IMG/VR virus record: IMGVR_UViG_2061766007_000275
DNA from: an uncultured virus (IMG/VR IMGVR_UViG_2061766007_000275)
Taxonomy: Duplodnaviria; Heunggongvirae; Uroviricota; Caudoviricetes
Length of the DNA stretch: 64,000 nt
Direction: 5' to 3' (one strand)
Every line of letters starts with the position of its first letter. Position 1 is the stretch's first letter. The position numbers and the translations under genes were made by a program. Under the pieces are notes generated by a model, which worked only from the letters and a program-made list of their open reading frames with translations, was not told the origin of the DNA and did not search any database. Below, in pieces: positions 38,602 through 48,093 of the stretch.

Positions 38602-38791
38602 CCGGTTTTTCCTCCTTTTCTTCCTTCTTGCCTGCCTGCGTTCCAAAATAGAACGAAATCACCATTGTAAAGACGGTTAAAAACTGTTCACCGCTAACAA
38701 CTCCAATGATTGACAGGTAGGCAAATACCCCTGTGAGTACAAAAGTCACGATACTCTTCACATCAATCAACTTTGCTAATCTTTTCCCCAT
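38582..38791 (-). CDS. Holin-like two-TM protein
   Basis: LAKLIDVKSIVT..ISFYFGTQ; upstream of lysin. Confidence 0.7.
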   Translation of the reverse strand: MGKRLAKLIDVKSIVTFVLTGVFAYLSIIGVVSGEQFLTVFTMVISFYFGTQAGKKEEKEEKPDEDNNR

Positions 38792-38803
38792 CTTTACCCC
38801 TCC

Positions 38804-39550
38804 TTAATTCGTAGATTTGGTATATTGAATTAAAAAACTTTGTGCAAACCAATTTTCCTGACTGTTTATTTTAATATCGCCATTCGAGCCGATGTCATCT
38901 ACTACATAAGCATAAAACGGTCTTGAATATTTATAAGTAAATATTTCTAGCTTAATAATTGCATTAGCATTAAGACCTGCAATATTGCCAATTTTAGTCC
39001 ATACACCCTTTGTTAATGAGATTTGTGTATTCGATGCTACGAATTTTTCATATAGTGTTTTTCCGTTAACCCAAGTTCCAATAACTTGTTCCGTTTCAGA
39101 ATAGTGATGCATCAAGTCGCCAGCAGCAGAATACTTACCGCTTCCGGCAGTATCAGTGGTTTTAGTGTATAATATTGTTACATATGCTGTTGGTGTTGAT
39201 CCAAAATATGCAACATTTCCTCTTCTAATAGTTGTACCAGTTCCGCCAACACCCTTAAATATAACCAAACTAGATTCATCATAATTATTACCGATAATTA
39301 CACGATTATTAGGATTATCAGAAGGAATTAAAAAACCCCAAATATGTAGTACTTGTATACCCGTTATTCCCCAATTTATATTTAAATTAGTTTGATCACT
39401 TGCAAAACTTCCATTAAATGTTTTCTGATATAAAGGTTTTCCATCACGCCATACACCGACTTCTCTTTCATTATCAGAGTAAATCAAAGGCGGAAAACCC
39501 CTAGTGGTAGATGTTACATATTCTTTTCCATTTAAGATTATTTTACCCAT
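38804..39550 (-). CDS. Tail fibre tip protein with two YS..E..G.W..GK..Y.K...YTK modules
   Basis: Repeated module also ends the 1504-aa fibre. Confidence 0.65.
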   Translation of the reverse strand: MGKIILNGKEYVTSTTRGFPPLIYSDNEREVGVWRDGKPLYQKTFNGSFASDQTNLNINWGITGIQVLHIWGFLIPSDNPNNRVIIGNNYDESSLVIFKGVGGTGTTIRRGNVAYFGSTPTAYVTILYTKTTDTAGSGKYSAAGDLMHHYSETEQVIGTWVNGKTLYEKFVASNTQISLTKGVWTKIGNIAGLNANAIIKLEIFTYKYSRPFYAYVVDDIGSNGDIKINSQENWFAQSFLIQYTKSTN

Positions 39551-39562
39551 TAGTTACCTCCT

Positions 39563-42500
39563 TTAACTTGGATAGTCTGTGGTTTTAGTGTACCGAAGTG
39601 TAACGATAACTTTATTTACAACATTTACAACACCTGTATAATCAGTTCCTATATAAAAAGCCACATTCCCATTATTTTTATTCAGACCACCAAACTTTAC
39701 TTGAGAATTACTCATAGAAGAACTAGGATCATCAGACAATGGAATAGGCAACCAAGTAACATTACTACCATAACTCACAGTACCTTTTAATTCAATCAAA
39801 GTTTCAAGATTAGATATTCCTGTTGAAATTGTATTAGAGCCAGTAGTTCTTGTTGAAGTATCACTTATCGTCTTTTCATAAATCGGTTTTCCGTCAATCC
39901 ACTGTCCTACGATATGCTCCGTTGTTGAATAGATATGACCGCTTTGTACAGGGATTTCTCTTCTTAATTCATCCACCGCATCTTTAACATCCCCCAGCGT
40001 AGCCATCTGCCCCGTTCTGTAAGTCAGCTTAAGGTTCTGGCAGTTGGTTGAGAGATAATTGCTACCCTGTAAAAGTGCGATTTGATTGGGGGTTAATTGG
40101 ATGGTTATGGGTGTGGCGAGTTCATAGACAAGTTTTTGACCTGTGACTACTGACGTAAATAATGTTGCATCTGTGTAGTTATCATCTCGAATAAATAATC
40201 TATCAAATTCAGGATAACGAAAACAAGTAGTTCCATTGCCTTTAGCATAGGCTGTATTCAGAGAATTTGCAGGCGTTTTTCCTTCATAACATGAGCATAT
40301 TGGAGTTGTATTTGCGTTTGCATTTGATATAAGTGTTGTATTTGTTCCCCAAAAGATTTTATTTGAGACATTATAAGTCCATGCTAAACTTCCCAAATCT
40401 ACAATCGCCCTATCCACCGTTAAAACTCCTGTTTCAGGTATAAACTTGCCTCCATATACATTTTGACCGACTTCTAGGAGGATGTTGGTATTGGGATTGT
40501 AGGGTTCGTAAACAGGACTTGTTATATTGCCTTCTTCAATTTGAAGTTCTGTAATATCACAATATGGGCTTCCCGAACCAGTAGAATATTTTCTGTTAAT
40601 ATTCACTATTGTTTTGTTTATTGCACTTGTAAACTTAAAAGCAGTTTTAGTCGTTCCTGTGTCAGAAAATACTCTTTCCGATGTTCCATCAGAATATTCA
40701 ACAAGTAATGCAATATTTTTACTTACGGCACTTTGTTGTTCATATCCGCTAAAGGTATATTGTATATTTGCCTTGAAAGGAATTTTATATAAACTATCTA
40801 CCAGTTCTGTAGTAATTCTCCAAGCACCATCAACAATAGTTCCTGCTAATATTTTATCTGGACTAAATAAATTCTTTCCGCATCCTAAAATCTCAATTTT
40901 ATGGGTATCGTAGGGTTCGTAGGAAGTGGCTTGAGTTCCGACTTCTATCTGTATGTCACTAAAACTAAAGGTATCACCTTCTGACGTTGCATATGTAGCA
41001 GAAGCATAGAACTGGATGATTGACATACTATTAGTTAAAGTGAATGTAATTGAAGTTCTTTTTGTACTCCTTGAGATTGTTCCTAAACTTGTACCATTTG
41101 TAGCATCTCTGACTAAACAAACAGTATCATCCGTATCAGAAGATGATACAATGGCACTTAACGTGTAAGTTCCCGGTGATAATATAGATATATTAACTCC
41201 TGCATTTAGTGTCCCAGATACAGTCGAATTTCCTGAATACAAATTTTTGCTATACACCCCCGGGAAGATGGGACAGAGGTTCTCGTAGGGTTCGTAGGAT
41301 GTTGCAGAAGAACCAGCTTCTATTTGGACTTGTGATAATGTGCAAGAAGCATATTCTGATGTACTATTTGCTCCGTATATATTTACTTTCGTACAATCTG
41401 CGTTTAATGTGAATGTGCTATTTACTACTGTATTGTTGGCATCCAATACTACATTTACTAATACATTATCCGAAACATCTCTAAACCTAAGTCTTATTTG
41501 ATTGCTTGAACTTGAACAAGTAGCTTTTAATGAAATTGTATATGTTCCAGCAGACAACGATATAGCTTCTGTTACATACGTTGTAGTATTATTTTTAGAA
41601 TAGGGTTCTGCTAAACTCCACTTATTCTTCCCAGCACCACCAACCCACGGTTTTGAGTAACCATGTAAATCCTGAATAGGCTCAATCCCGATTTCAGCAC
41701 TTTCAGCATTCTGGGCTGACAGGGTAGTAAAGCTTATCGGATTGCCCTGTGCGGTTGCCGTTAAAATGGAAGTTTTAGCTTCGAGCGTATCAATATCAGC
41801 TTTAGCTACTCCGCTATCGGTTAAGTTACCGTTTGCATCTAATCCGGCTAAATCATCGTTAGTAGCACCCGAAACTTTATCGGCTTTGCCTGAACCATCA
41901 TATACTTGCGTTTCAGTACCATCTATCTTAATGTTACCATTCGTAGTACTGCTCTCAACTTTGTTAGCACCTGTACTAATTCCTGAAAGTTTAGTCTTTT
42001 CTGTTGTGGTATAATCTTCAGTACTTAATCCCTTACCATCAACCTTATCAACTTTTTTAGTAAGTTCTGTATAAGCATCACCACCGATAATAAAACCAGT
42101 ATTACCACTTGCTATCGAACCTGTGAAATTGCTCTTCTTGGTTGCATCACTTGTATTGTCAACATTACCCAATTCAACTTCAGACTTTGTATAAGTAGGC
42201 TTGATAGAAGCTTTTGCCCATTCATACACATCACTTGCGGGACGCGCATCTGAGAGCCTTGAATCTCCACCCATTACAACTTGAGTTGAACTTGCATCTC
42301 CACTAACTGGAACATTTTTTGAAGCAGCTGTTCCTATTGAAGTAGTTGGAACATAAGAAGTAGTATCAATAGTACCATCATTCTTTATTAAACCAGCTGT
42401 CGAACTCTTTTCAATAAAATTAGATGTATCTATAAAGCCACTTAATAAATCAAATTTATAAACGCCTTCTGATACTTGAGCAATACCAACATTATCACCT

Positions 42501-44077
42501 ATCCTAATAGGATGACCAGCACCCTCTATGAAATCTGCGGTAGTTGTACCAGTATCAGTTATATTATATTCATTACCTACATTAGCTGCAATTAATAAAC
42601 TAGAAGTTAATTCTGCACAAGTTTTAGTACCAGCATGATGATATGCAGAAGAAACAACTGAATCTACATATTGCTTAACAGCTCCAGCTTCAATTAAATC
42701 TGTCGATCCATCACTTAATAAAGCTGTACTATCTTTTGCTGCAGCTGTACCAAGAGTAGGAAAATCGATAATATCAGATTTCATATGACTATGTGTTACG
42801 GGTGTGCGGGCGTCGCTTAATCGCGAATCATTGCCAAGTACAACTTGATTTGATCCAGCATTACCGCTTGCTGCAACATCTTTAGAAGCAGCACTTCCTA
42901 AAGTAGGTTTATTAATTAAATCTCCATAATCTCCACTAAAATCTGATTTATTATTCCATGTAGTCTTTTCTGTATCAGTTACTAATCTATGAGTAGCATC
43001 ATCATTTAAATCAGCTAAATCACTTGGAATATCTGGTTTATTTATCAAATCTTCATAATCTCCACTAAATAATGGAGTGTCATCTGGCAACGCACCAACA
43101 TCTGTAGCATCAAGAACTACTACTCCAGTTTTACCATTTACTGAATCAACGGCTCCTCCACCGCTTCCTGTTATAGAATAATTAGTACCATTAATTCCAA
43201 TACTTGTTAACTGATCTGTTGTATCGCCAGGGTTAGCTTCAATCTCAGGTATTGAAGGCTTATTTAAAATTTCGGCTTTCCCGCTTACCGCATCCCAATC
43301 TGCATTAACTTGTTCTGCTGGAATTATTGGTTTATTTTTAATATAATCAAGTTTAGTATCATCACTTTGATCCCAATCGCTTTGTATTTGAGCATCAGGA
43401 ATTTCAGGCTTATCACTTAAATCATTATAACTACCAGAAAAATCAGATTTATTATCCCAAGTAGTTTTTTCAATATCAGTTACTAATCTATGGTTACTAT
43501 CATCACTTAAATCTGATAGATGAGTAGGAATATCAGATAAATTAGCCTTACCATTTAATAATAAATTAATATCTGTTTTATTATAATAACCCATTAATGC
43601 TTGATTTAATTGTTGATTTGTAACATAAATAGTTAATGTAGTTATTAATTCATCTTTAGTTACATAATTACTTAAATCAATATAAGTAGTTCCTATTAAC
43701 TCCCAACGACTTTGACTAGCTAAATATATATATTCTAAATAAGCATTATCTTGATATGCTGGTTGAGCCGGTACTAAGTAAATAACATTTGGTTTACCAA
43801 CAACTGGCAATTCTGCTACTATCTCTATGGTTCCTTGTTGAATGGATGCAATAATTTCATCAACTTCTGCTTTTGTATAAGTATTTGATTGAGCTGCAAG
43901 ACCTAATTGATCTCCAGATATATTACCAACTAATTCTACTCCATTAATTAAAGGTTTATGAGTTAATTCCCTATAATCGGTTACAGAACCACTACCTCGA
44001 TTACCAATAGCAATACTACCAGATATATTTCCTTGAGTTTGTAATCTTGCTTTTAATGTTCCAACATTAGGTTCCAT
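39563..44077 (-). CDS. Large mosaic tail fibre/adhesin (1504 aa)
   Basis: FSGDY.DL..KP, DSRLSDAR and KN...YEPY repeats. Confidence 0.8.
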   Translation of the reverse strand: MEPNVGTLKARLQTQGNISGSIAIGNRGSGSVTDYRELTHKPLINGVELVGNISGDQLGLAAQSNTYTKAEVDEIIASIQQGTIEIVAELPVVGKPNVIYLVPAQPAYQDNAYLEYIYLASQSRWELIGTTYIDLSNYVTKDELITTLTIYVTNQQLNQALMGYYNKTDINLLLNGKANLSDIPTHLSDLSDDSNHRLVTDIEKTTWDNKSDFSGSYNDLSDKPEIPDAQIQSDWDQSDDTKLDYIKNKPIIPAEQVNADWDAVSGKAEILNKPSIPEIEANPGDTTDQLTSIGINGTNYSITGSGGGAVDSVNGKTGVVVLDATDVGALPDDTPLFSGDYEDLINKPDIPSDLADLNDDATHRLVTDTEKTTWNNKSDFSGDYGDLINKPTLGSAASKDVAASGNAGSNQVVLGNDSRLSDARTPVTHSHMKSDIIDFPTLGTAAAKDSTALLSDGSTDLIEAGAVKQYVDSVVSSAYHHAGTKTCAELTSSLLIAANVGNEYNITDTGTTTADFIEGAGHPIRIGDNVGIAQVSEGVYKFDLLSGFIDTSNFIEKSSTAGLIKNDGTIDTTSYVPTTSIGTAASKNVPVSGDASSTQVVMGGDSRLSDARPASDVYEWAKASIKPTYTKSEVELGNVDNTSDATKKSNFTGSIASGNTGFIIGGDAYTELTKKVDKVDGKGLSTEDYTTTEKTKLSGISTGANKVESSTTNGNIKIDGTETQVYDGSGKADKVSGATNDDLAGLDANGNLTDSGVAKADIDTLEAKTSILTATAQGNPISFTTLSAQNAESAEIGIEPIQDLHGYSKPWVGGAGKNKWSLAEPYSKNNTTTYVTEAISLSAGTYTISLKATCSSSSNQIRLRFRDVSDNVLVNVVLDANNTVVNSTFTLNADCTKVNIYGANSTSEYASCTLSQVQIEAGSSATSYEPYENLCPIFPGVYSKNLYSGNSTVSGTLNAGVNISILSPGTYTLSAIVSSSDTDDTVCLVRDATNGTSLGTISRSTKRTSITFTLTNSMSIIQFYASATYATSEGDTFSFSDIQIEVGTQATSYEPYDTHKIEILGCGKNLFSPDKILAGTIVDGAWRITTELVDSLYKIPFKANIQYTFSGYEQQSAVSKNIALLVEYSDGTSERVFSDTGTTKTAFKFTSAINKTIVNINRKYSTGSGSPYCDITELQIEEGNITSPVYEPYNPNTNILLEVGQNVYGGKFIPETGVLTVDRAIVDLGSLAWTYNVSNKIFWGTNTTLISNANANTTPICSCYEGKTPANSLNTAYAKGNGTTCFRYPEFDRLFIRDDNYTDATLFTSVVTGQKLVYELATPITIQLTPNQIALLQGSNYLSTNCQNLKLTYRTGQMATLGDVKDAVDELRREIPVQSGHIYSTTEHIVGQWIDGKPIYEKTISDTSTRTTGSNTISTGISNLETLIELKGTVSYGSNVTWLPIPLSDDPSSSMSNSQVKFGGLNKNNGNVAFYIGTDYTGVVNVVNKVIVTLRYTKTTDYPS

Positions 44078-44420
44078 AATGCACCTCCTGTTCCGGTCCT
44101 ATTTCAAAATTCTTATTAGCTATAAAAGTAAAATGTTCACCAATATTAGTTACTAATTCAACTTCATATTTATGTATTGCAATAGGTAAAAGTATAGTAT
44201 CATCAGGAATTAATGTTAATAAAGCAGAATTATTTTCAAAATCAATAACAAACTCTTTTGGTAATATTCTATTATTTGTTGTTCTCATTCTGAAATAAAT
44301 TCTATCACCATCTTGTAAATAATAAACAGTATCATCATCTTTTGTAAATTCAAGAATTCTAATATAAGCGGTATCTCCCCTTGTTAAGAATATGTTATTA
44401 TCTTTATCTATTGTTAACAT
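44067..44420 (-). CDS. BppU-like adaptor
   Basis: Homologue of 18528-18875. Confidence 0.6.
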   Translation of the reverse strand: MLTIDKDNNIFLTRGDTAYIRILEFTKDDDTVYYLQDGDRIYFRMRTTNNRILPKEFVIDFENNSALLTLIPDDTILLPIAIHKYEVELVTNIGEHFTFIANKNFEIGPEQEVHYGT

Positions 44421-44441
44421 ATTTTTTACCTCCTATCTTTT

Positions 44442-45584
44442 TTATTCTTGATGTATTCTTAATCCTATAAGACTACTTGCTCCACCAGCTCTTCCAACTC
44501 CATAAAAATGTAATGTTGAAGCTAAAAACTTAGTATAAGCGGCTGAAGATCTCCATTGAGTTTGTATTTTTTGTGTTGCTTCAGGACTATCAGTAAGAGT
44601 CGAGTCTCTCGAATTACCAATACAACAATGCAACCATAATTCTTGATTTATACCCTCTGTATGTATAAAATAATCCGTTCCATCAGTTTCTTTGTTACAA
44701 TAAATATTAATAATTTCAACAAAAGTTATTTTCTTATACTGACTATTACCAGCTCTAAAGATAGCACTATAACTACCTTGATGATAATCTGAATAATAAT
44801 TTTCTTGTTGAACTGTAATTGTATCTCCTACTGAACACCTAATAAAATAATAATAAGGATATCTAGCATGATCTGTATCTCCAGTACCTGGTTGAATTGG
44901 ATAACTACTTACTAAATTACCTGTTGTAGTTACTGAACCATCTGTACCAGCAGCTCCCCAAACAATATAATCACCTGCAGTTATTACTGTATAAGTATAG
45001 TCAATAGGATCTGCATCACTATCCCATATTTTTTCCCACGCAATACCCATAGGGTTCATATTTTCCCATTCATAAGTAACTGTTTGTCCATTTTTTCTAC
45101 AAACTAATTGAAAATTACCATCATAGCTAGGTATTTGCGGGAAGACCTCAATAGCGCCACAATCTACTTCAGTAGTAGGAGCATTTGTATAAGTAACTAT
45201 TAAATGCGGAATCCCGCTAATAGTTTGAACCTCTAAAGTATTAATTCCTACACCATCAGCCCCATCTTGACCTGGTGCTCCATCTTGACCATCTGCGCCA
45301 TCCTTACCGTCTTTACCATCCTTGCCATCTGCACCGTCTTGACCTGGAGCACCATCAGCTCCTGCAGGACCTTGTTCTCCTTGAATACCTTGATCACCAT
45401 CCATTACAGTCATAGAGCCAGTCTGTTCTGTACCATCATCAAGAGTCCACTTAAAAACTACTGTATTGCCACCAGTAATAGGAGTTATGGATTCCACGGT
45501 ACAATTTTTACCTTTTAGCGCGCCACCGCCTATTACGGTTTCATCAGTATATTTCTTACATAACGCATAAGTTAATATATCCAT
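44442..45584 (-). CDS. Collagen-like (Gly-X-Y) structural protein
   Basis: GQDGADGKDGKDG repeat run; ATG 45584 with RBS. Confidence 0.75.
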   Translation of the reverse strand: MDILTYALCKKYTDETVIGGGALKGKNCTVESITPITGGNTVVFKWTLDDGTEQTGSMTVMDGDQGIQGEQGPAGADGAPGQDGADGKDGKDGKDGADGQDGAPGQDGADGVGINTLEVQTISGIPHLIVTYTNAPTTEVDCGAIEVFPQIPSYDGNFQLVCRKNGQTVTYEWENMNPMGIAWEKIWDSDADPIDYTYTVITAGDYIVWGAAGTDGSVTTTGNLVSSYPIQPGTGDTDHARYPYYYFIRCSVGDTITVQQENYYSDYHQGSYSAIFRAGNSQYKKITFVEIINIYCNKETDGTDYFIHTEGINQELWLHCCIGNSRDSTLTDSPEATQKIQTQWRSSAAYTKFLASTLHFYGVGRAGGASSLIGLRIHQE

Positions 45585-45602
45585 GTTTTTTCTCCTTTCC
45601 AA

Positions 45603-45797
45603 TTAAATAGGCTCCCAAGTTTTTACTCCGCTAACAGGAACAGATAACATATAAACAAGAGCCCCATCTATAACAAATATTGTACTACCTGAAGCAACAT
45701 CAGTAGGAACGGTTGCGACATCTGCAACTTCATTTACCACAAATTCTGTTACACCATAAGTGTCTTGTCCAGATTGTTTTGATATACTATAAGCCAT
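45603..45797 (-). CDS. Small structural accessory protein
   Basis: EFVV..VA.VPT..GS..FVI..VYML..W. Confidence 0.55.
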   Translation of the reverse strand: MAYSISKQSGQDTYGVTEFVVNEVADVATVPTDVASGSTIFVIDGALVYMLSVPVSGVKTWEPI

Positions 45798-45887
45798 ATT
45801 TTTTCTCCTTTCTAAAATTATTTCATATAATTATTAAAATCAAAATAAAAAGATTTAAAAGATTTGCCCTAATATATAGATGAAAAC

Positions 45888-45916
45888 TTGACAAATTAAA
45901 AAAATTTTTATATAAT
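45888..45916 (+). promoter_or_regulatory. Sigma-A promoter, first of 8 similar copies
   Basis: TTGACA-N17-TATAAT; related copies at 46927, 50565, 56027, 58265, 60263, 60673, 62733. Confidence 0.8.
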
Positions 45917-45947
45917 TATATTAAAGAAAAAGAAAAGGAGATAAAAT

Positions 45948-46343
45948 ATGAATGAAACATTAAAACCATTATTAATTGAATTAGATAATATTATATCTAA
46001 TGAAAAAGAAAGGGTATTAGTCAAAAGTACAATAATTAAATTTTTTAATCATAATGAAAAAGATTATATTCAAACACCCTTTAAAGATTTTTATAACAAA
46101 TTAACTAACAAAGAGATTAAAGCTATTAATAGTATAATCAAAACTATTCAAAATGAAGGTGATGTATCTTTATCTGTATTAATTGCGGAAACAGGTATCT
46201 CGCGCCCTGTATATATATCTTTATTAAATAAAATTAAAGAATATAATATGGGCGATGTTGTCAGTCGTGGCGTTAAAGGGACACATATAAAATTTACAAA
46301 CCCTAACCTAATATGCGGAAAATATCTGGAGGAAAAAACATGA
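45948..46343 (+). CDS. CodY C-terminal winged-HTH homologue lacking the GAF domain
   Basis: LTNKEIKAI..EG..IAETGISRPV..L.KI..SRGVKGTHIK aligns with CodY LSYSELEAI..EG..IADRVGITRSV..SLGMKGTYIK. Confidence 0.75.
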   Translation: MNETLKPLLIELDNIISNEKERVLVKSTIIKFFNHNEKDYIQTPFKDFYNKLTNKEIKAINSIIKTIQNEGDVSLSVLIAETGISRPVYISLLNKIKEYNMGDVVSRGVKGTHIKFTNPNLICGKYLEEKT

Positions 46344-46915
46344 ACGAGATATTTAAAAAAGCAGAACGAGCCGCATTATTCATTGGACTAGGAGTCGCCG
46401 CATTATTAACAATAGGATTGCCTATTGGTCCATTCTTATTTGCACTTGGCCTCATGGCTGTTTGCTATATTAATGATGGATATTTATTTACAGGCTGTTG
46501 TGGATATATCCATGATAAACAAAGTTTTAAAGAAGGAATGATCATACTTGCGGGAAATCTATTATTCGGATATATAGTTGGTGCATTATTAGGAGTAGCT
46601 AATCCTGATATCGTAGCAGCAGCAACAGCTAAGGTAAATAGTTGGGTTCCAGATATCACCGCACTTAATGTAATGTCATTTTTCTTTAAGTCTTGCTTTT
46701 GTGGAATAGTAATGTTCACCGCAGTTGACATGAAGAAAAAAGGAAGCTTTATGGGTATTCTTTTAGGCGTTCCACTTTTTATTTTTTGCGGGTGGCAGCA
46801 TTCAATAGCAAATATAATAACATGCGGAGTTGGCAATACCATTAGTTGGACTATACCCATATGCATAGCAGGGAATTGGCTAGGTAGTTATATGACACGT
46901 AAAATGTTTGAATAA
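46340..46915 (+). CDS. Formate/nitrite transporter (FNT) family channel
   Basis: FIGLG, LFTG, GNL, FIFCGWQHSIAN, GNWLG; about six TMs. Confidence 0.8.
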   Translation: MNEIFKKAERAALFIGLGVAALLTIGLPIGPFLFALGLMAVCYINDGYLFTGCCGYIHDKQSFKEGMIILAGNLLFGYIVGALLGVANPDIVAAATAKVNSWVPDITALNVMSFFFKSCFCGIVMFTAVDMKKKGSFMGILLGVPLFIFCGWQHSIANIITCGVGNTISWTIPICIAGNWLGSYMTRKMFE

Positions 46916-46990
46916 AATATTTTTTCTTTATTTTTTATAAAATTTTTGTTATAATTATTATAGAAAATAAAGAAAGGAAGTGTTTATATT

Positions 46991-47257
46991 ATGAAAAATG
47001 AAACACATGATTTTTATTGTACTCAATGCGGAAAAAAAGTTCTCCCAATATTTAGGACTGGAAGGGTTAGAGAAAAAGGTCATTTAAAAAAATTATGGTG
47101 TTTTAATTGCAACAAAGAAAATAATTGTGTAGAGATAAGCAATAGTTATACTATTGAAATGTTTAATTATGAATTTGAACATCATAATTTTACAGAAGAA
47201 GGTAATAGAATTTATAAAGTAGAAACAATAATAAAACATATGATGGAGGAAAACTAA
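46991..47257 (+). CDS. Zn-ribbon protein
   Basis: CTQCG..REKGHLKKLWCFNC. Confidence 0.6.
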   Translation: MKNETHDFYCTQCGKKVLPIFRTGRVREKGHLKKLWCFNCNKENNCVEISNSYTIEMFNYEFEHHNFTEEGNRIYKVETIIKHMMEEN

Positions 47258-47758
47258 ATGGATTATTTTGAAGGATTAAATAGAGAAAACTTCTCATTAG
47301 TTCAGAAAAAAACTTTTGATAAAGTTACAACAGATGAAGATAAAATTTATTATGGATATAGTCAAGTTTGTATCCAAGATAAAGATGGAAATAAATATAC
47401 TGGGCGGGCTTACGTAAGAAAAGAAGATGCTAAATATTTTTCACATATAACTGGGTATCAAATAGCAGAACACCGCGCATATATTAATTACTTAAAGGAT
47501 AGAGTTTATATAATTAAAGATCATATATGGTATATAGAATATCTTTTATCTAAAAATAAAACTATCCATATTTTTGATAATAAAGAAACAAGACAATTAA
47601 ATCATAAACTTATAGAATTTAAGAAAGCTATTAAAATTGGTAAACAACTTATTACAGAAGCTTACCGCTATATAGATAAACTAGCTATTGACTCATGGAA
47701 AGTTACTGATAAGATAGAACAAAAGATTGGTCAAAAAGATTTAATTAATATATTATAA
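47258..47758 (+). CDS. Hypothetical phage protein
   Basis: ORF with RBS; G.A...ED..FS..TG..IAE.RA. Confidence 0.55.
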   Translation: MDYFEGLNRENFSLVQKKTFDKVTTDEDKIYYGYSQVCIQDKDGNKYTGRAYVRKEDAKYFSHITGYQIAEHRAYINYLKDRVYIIKDHIWYIEYLLSKNKTIHIFDNKETRQLNHKLIEFKKAIKIGKQLITEAYRYIDKLAIDSWKVTDKIEQKIGQKDLINIL

Positions 47759-47802
47759 TTTTTATATTTATAGAGAAATATAGAGAGAAAGGAGAATTCT
47801 AT

Positions 47803-48093
47803 ATGAAGAATTTTCTAAAAGGTTTTGTATTTGGTTCTATTGGATTGGCTATTATTCAGAATGTAGTAGAAATCCTCAATAATTCTGGTGATTATGTTAG
47901 TAGTAAAATAGCAGTTAAATCTCTGGATTTGCAAAAGCAAGCAACTAAAAAGCAAAAAGAAATTGAAGAAATTGCAAGTTGTGATTGTGAAAATGTCAAT
48001 ACTCAATGTATCGGTTTTTCTATCCCCGAAGAACCTGTATACGAGGATATTGAAGAAGATAAAGCAAAAAGAGATTGGAGAAAAAGAAGATGA
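47803..48093 (+). CDS. Hypothetical protein with hydrophobic N-terminus
   Basis: RBS AGGAG; IGF motif near C-terminus. Confidence 0.55.
   Translation: MKNFLKGFVFGSIGLAIIQNVVEILNNSGDYVSSKIAVKSLDLQKQATKKQKEIEEIASCDCENVNTQCIGFSIPEEPVYEDIEEDKAKRDWRKRR

Noticed and set aside
38804..44077. Diversity-generating retroelement or invertase shufflon
   Set aside because: No reverse transcriptase, no adenine-specific TR/VR pair noticed, no invertase, and repeats are direct
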